Shown here: positions 59,686 to 64,000 of the stretch, piece by piece
How the letters are laid out: every line of letters begins with the position of its first letter
How positions within the stretch are numbered: the first letter of the stretch is position 1
NCBI GenBank assembly: GCA_030390025.1
Contig: CM059432.1
Location: 98,892,001-98,956,000, forward strand
DNA length: 64,000 nucleotides
From: Squalus acanthias
Lineage: Eukaryota
Direction: 5' to 3'
Notes under the pieces: generated by a model
What the model was told of the DNA's origin: nothing
The model's database searches: none
What the model saw: the letters and a program-made list of their open reading frames with translations, nothing else
Translations under genes and position numbers: made by a program

Positions 59686-60539
59686 TAGTTCACAGATATG
59701 CAAATTAGACCAATTTTTAAGTGAGATCAAGATGCTGTTACTCTGCTAAAAGCTTCAAAAGTTAGCACTAGTACAATGTACTCTATCGAAAACTCTAGAA
59801 ATGCCAAGGTCTAGTGTTTTAACTTTATGCTGGGAATTGAATTGATTTCTGGACCATGGCGCTTTGAAAATCATAAGTCAACTAATTTGTTTCGAAGTCA
59901 CAGTAATGATCAGGTAGTAGATTGTTCAGATTATGTTGTTGGAGTCAAGCAAGCCAGCTGATTCTGCTATTTCCGCAAGAAAATGCACCCTACCATTAGC
60001 ACAAACATGAATTCCACCCTTGCAAATCATAGTGGGGCTGATTTTACTGGCTGCCCTCTTTCCTGGCACGGGACAGGAGCAGAGCCACTGAAAAGAGCTG
60101 CTCCTGCATAGGAACACTGGTATGACCCAGGGATACCCCTAGCATAGGCCAACCACCTGGCAGGGCCAACAGTCTAAAAAAACAGGTGTAAATGTAAGTA
60201 TTGAGTTTCCAAGAGCGTAGCATTCCATCAGCAATGAAGAGGCCCTAGTTGGTTCAATTCTTCCAGGGATAAGGGACCATTTGTCAAAAAGCAAACAAAA
60301 ACTTATCTGCTTGCCTTCAGTCTGACCTGGAGCCTCTACCAACCCTTTGGACAGAAGAGGTCCAGGAAACAGGTCATAGTGTCAGATTTCACTGGGGACC
60401 CCGTCACAGAAATCTCAGGGGCAACATGAAGTGGTGGTGGAGACTCAGTTAAACAGGTCTTCGCCACCTTTCTTGACATTTGCACCCAGTAAAGTGGGTG
60501 TTTCTGAAAGGTTAATGTCAGGAAAATTGGCTCCTATAA

Positions 60540-60925
60540 GACAGAACTTGCATTTACAAAGCATATTTCATGACCTCAGAGGATCATAAAGCACATTACA
60601 GTCAGTGAAGTACTTTTGAAATATCGTCATTGTTCTAATGTAGGGAAACACAGCAACAGATTTGCACACAGCAAGGTCCCACAACAGCACTGAGATTACT
60701 GATCAGACAATCTGTTTTTTTTTAGTGATGTTAGTTGAGGGATAAATGTTGGCCAGGAGCCTGGGAGAACTCCCCAGCTCTACTTTGAATAGTGCCGTGG
60801 GATCTTTTACATCTACCTGAAATGGGAGTCAGGGCCTGAGGTTTAACATATCATCTGAAAGACAGTACAGTACTTCCTCAGTGCTAAAGTGTCAGCATAG
60901 ATACCACTGAGCCAAGGTTGACACT
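60540..60925 (-). mobile_element. Older Deu-domain-type SINE copy
   Basis: Degenerate reverse-complement match to 59240-59685. Confidence 0.65.
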
Positions 60926-62709
60926 GCAAGTTGCAATGTATGAAACAGAGGAGCAGATTGTTCCTCACATAGAACTTTCAGAACCTGAACTTGTACTATT
61001 GATACTATTTAACTTTCTTGTGCTAACTAGATTTGCTTGATTGGTTTGCTCCAAATCAATGTAACTTTTGATAACTGACCCTGGATTTCCGATGACAATT
61101 CACCAAATACAGTGGTATGTTTTCCTTTATTATATTCACTTCACACCCACTTAATACTCATTTCATCTTTTTTTACTAACAGTCGCATACAAGATAGTGT
61201 GTCCTGGAGGAAGAATTGCTCGGTTTGTTTTGTGTACCAACAACATAAATACACTCACAAAAACTGGCCTTGATTTATCTCCAAAATCGGAGCAAAAGGT
61301 AGGAAAATCAGACAGTGAGGCCACTCATGTTTCTGCCCAAATCTTAATTTCCCTCTTCCTTGCCCTCACCGTAGTGGACACTGGCTGCCCCTTGCCCGCT
61401 CACCACATGTCAATCGCAGCGCGAGGTGAGGTCCAGCAAATCGCCCCATTTCACAGCCTTTTGTCACTAATTCTACTGCTCACAAAGACTGTCAGGAAAG
61501 AGGTAGCAGTGGCCCTGGGAAGCGGGAAAAGGCAACCCCCCCACCCCCCTGACCCCCCGCTGCGTAACCCCTTTTAGAAGGACAGGGTCCACATTCGGCC
61601 TCAAACTCGCACCTTTTTAGGCTGATGTCTAAAAACCACAGGTCCTCTCCCTGATCTTTGAGGCTCATTGTGTGCTTACTGCTAGAATTTTCCTTCATAA
61701 CAGTAGCAGACTTCCTCTTGTTGTCTGAGATTCCAATAGTAGTTCACACTGCATTAGTAATGAACCCCAACTCAGAAAAATGGGTTGGAGTCACAGTGGG
61801 GTGGGCATGGCAAGCAGAAGTGTTACACCAATCCAGGAAGAGGAGAATCCAGACCGATAGGTCAACAATGCTGCGACACATAGTGACTAAAGCAAATCAT
61901 CACCCCACCTCTAAGCTGGTATTCAACAGCTCTGCCTTCAACAACAGTGATTTGACATATATCGCCACTCTTAAACAGTGTCCAGTACTGGATTTGGGCT
62001 AATACAAGAAACAGATTTGATTCTTTGATTCAATCCATGGAGATAATCTGACAGTTTAGGATAGAATATTTTCTTGTTTCGATTTAAAGATTAGGGGAGG
62101 GGATTACCTCTGTGTGTTAGGTGTATTGTAAAATTGAAACACATTTGTAAAAAGATTATTTGTGATTTTGCTCCAGCGAGTGCACAAAGCTTCTTCCAAG
62201 ATTCTTTTGTTTTGACTCTTTTTGATCTTTGCCATTCACCAAAACATTAGACTTATGCAGCACGTTTATATTGATGTTATTTGGTTGGTAAACTTTAGCA
62301 GTAGAACATTTCTCCTATATGAAGAAATAAATTATTGGTATTTGCATTTTTAACAATTGATTGGGCGGGGATTATCTAGAAAGTGATATTGAAGACATAT
62401 AATGATAATATATTTCATTAGTAATGACATTGTGCTTTCAATTACCATAAATTTTTGACAGTTAAATAATTGAAAGAGTCATAACCATTAGCAATCAATG
62501 AACTTGTTTCAGTTATTGTGATTTTAAATCTATAATTTCTCCTTTAGTTTCTTGTTGAGTTCACATTCTTCTATTATTTATACCCTAATTTGAAGTTAAT
62601 TTCTATTTTTCAACACTACAGTGACAGAAGTTCATTAAATCATGAATCTGAGTTCATTGAGCCATGAATCTATGAAAACAAGCTGTTGTTAAAAAAAATA
62701 TAAATGTTG

Positions 62710-63203
62710 GGGTAGAGTTTCTGCTTTGGGCGCAATCGCAAAAAAACCACATTTTTAATAAGTGTGTCAAGTCCTCCACCTGTGAGTAACCTGATTTTAA
62801 ATCACTGAAAATTATTTTAAAAGACTACTGAACCATTCATTGGTGTACACTAGTCAGTTTCATAGTAAATTAAATATTTTTAAATGTGTAATATCTTTTA
62901 AAAAATGCCTTCAATGCCTTTGCACCAAAAAACACGCGCTCAATTTGAAGAACCTCTTCCAACGGCCGCAAATGGCCGAAATCGGCGGAAACTCGCCATG
63001 CTCATTATTTGGGGGCATGGCAAGTTTTGTGTGTGGGGCCAGCCTCGAGCGCAATATTTTTTAAACCAGCATTAAAGATTGCGGAAACTTGATTTACCCT
63101 TGACGTAACTTATGCTTAAAATTCCATGATTCTTTGCGTTGGTTTGGCCGAGTTCAGCCGGATTGTGCTGATAAAATCAGCACAAACTAGCGAAATCTCG
63201 AGG
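62710..63203 (-). mobile_element. Non-autonomous DNA-transposon-like repeat (empty-site paralogue of 39529-40700)
   Basis: Shares GGAAACTCGCCATGCT and TTGGTGTACACTAGTCAGTTTC in reverse orientation. Confidence 0.7.
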
Positions 63204-63223
63204 CAGTTAACTTTAAATCATGA

Positions 63224-63428
63224 TACGGAGATGCCGGTGTTGGACTGGGGTGGACAAAAATGAGAAGTCGCACAACACCAGGTTATAGTCCAACAGTTTT
63301 ATTTAAAATTACGAGCTTTCGGAGCTGCTGCTCCTTCGTCAGGCTACCTGACGAAGGAGCAGCGCTCCGAAAGCTCATAATTTTAAATAAAACTGTTGGA
63401 CTATAACCTGGTGTTGTGCGACTTCTCA
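63224..63428. mobile_element. Palindromic Penelope-like remnant with two back-to-back hammerhead motifs
   Basis: Long inverted repeat centred near 63344; TSD TTTAAATCATGA. Confidence 0.82.
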
Positions 63429-63526
63429 TTTAAATCATGAGTGAAAGAAGTCTTTATGATTCAGTGCCAATTTGCTGGACAGTGGAAAAACATAGGAAGA
63501 TATTTTATAAGATAATTCAAAAAAGG

Positions 63527-63679
63527 TTTAAGAACATAAGAGCATAACAATTAGGAGCAGGAGTGGGCTCTACGGCCCCTTGAACCTGCTATGCCATTCA
63601 ATAAGATCATGGCTGACCTTTAACCTCAACTCAACTTTCCCACCTGATCTCCATTTTCCTTGATTCCCCTAGAGTCCAA
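63527..63679 (-). mobile_element. CR1 3' end
   Basis: TAAGAACATAAG tail and 3' UTR as at 41302. Confidence 0.75.
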
Positions 63680-64000
63680 GGGCTGGATTTTGCCAGTGTG
63701 GGCGGGCTGGGGCGTGTCAGGTGGCATTCGTGTCAGGACCCCGACTCCGATGTGAAGTGGGGAAAAAGTGCAATTTTGCCCTAATTGGGCACTTGATTTC
63801 CAGCGTGTGGGAACCCCTGGCCCAATGAGTCTTTTCATACAGAAAGTCGCCTCCGGTGACGTCATCAATGCTGCTGGATTTAAGGCCTGCAAGCAGCCTT
63901 GCCTCTTCTGGAGACTGCAAACTTTATGGTGATTATAGTAAGGAATTCATTGATCGACTATGTCCACCAGCAGGCAAAAGTGTGCTCCACGCTTCGATGA
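63680..64000 (+). mobile_element. Left end of a probable Harbinger element, cut by the window edge
   Basis: GGGCTGGATTTT terminus, GGCGGG subterminal motifs and TGACGTCAT box, as at 32040-32240. Confidence 0.6.

Noticed and set aside
61030..61225. Two possible small exons with AG/GT boundaries
   Set aside because: The first has stops in all three frames; the second is about 40 nt with a weak donor. Not supportable without RNA data.

Overview
This is repeat-saturated eukaryotic DNA, most likely from a cartilaginous fish (inferred from the CR1/L2/RTE/Deu-type SINE/Harbinger repertoire). No host gene is recognisable. The backbone is decayed LINEs, SINEs, PIF/Harbinger transposons and MITEs, plus three Penelope-like fragments carrying minimal hammerhead ribozymes. 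Three related LTR insertions with 4-bp TSDs stand out: provirus A (17372-26470, 1531-bp LTRs that look identical), provirus B (46647-55735, LTRs about 3% diverged) and a solo LTR (56614-57922, minus strand). A and B share a tRNA-Arg PBS overlapping the first in-frame gag ATG, and a coiled-coil/CCHC Gag ending in a TGA-CTAG readthrough context. Both have an in-frame pol-slot ORF with no reverse transcriptase, and a probably spliced env that joins an Ig-like domain to a paramyxo/pneumovirus-F-like class I fusion protein. They look like non-autonomous, Pol-deleted, Env-bearing lokiretrovirus-like elements. In A the pol slot has been refilled with a copy of a Gag coiled-coil. All family assignments are by motif recognition, not database search.
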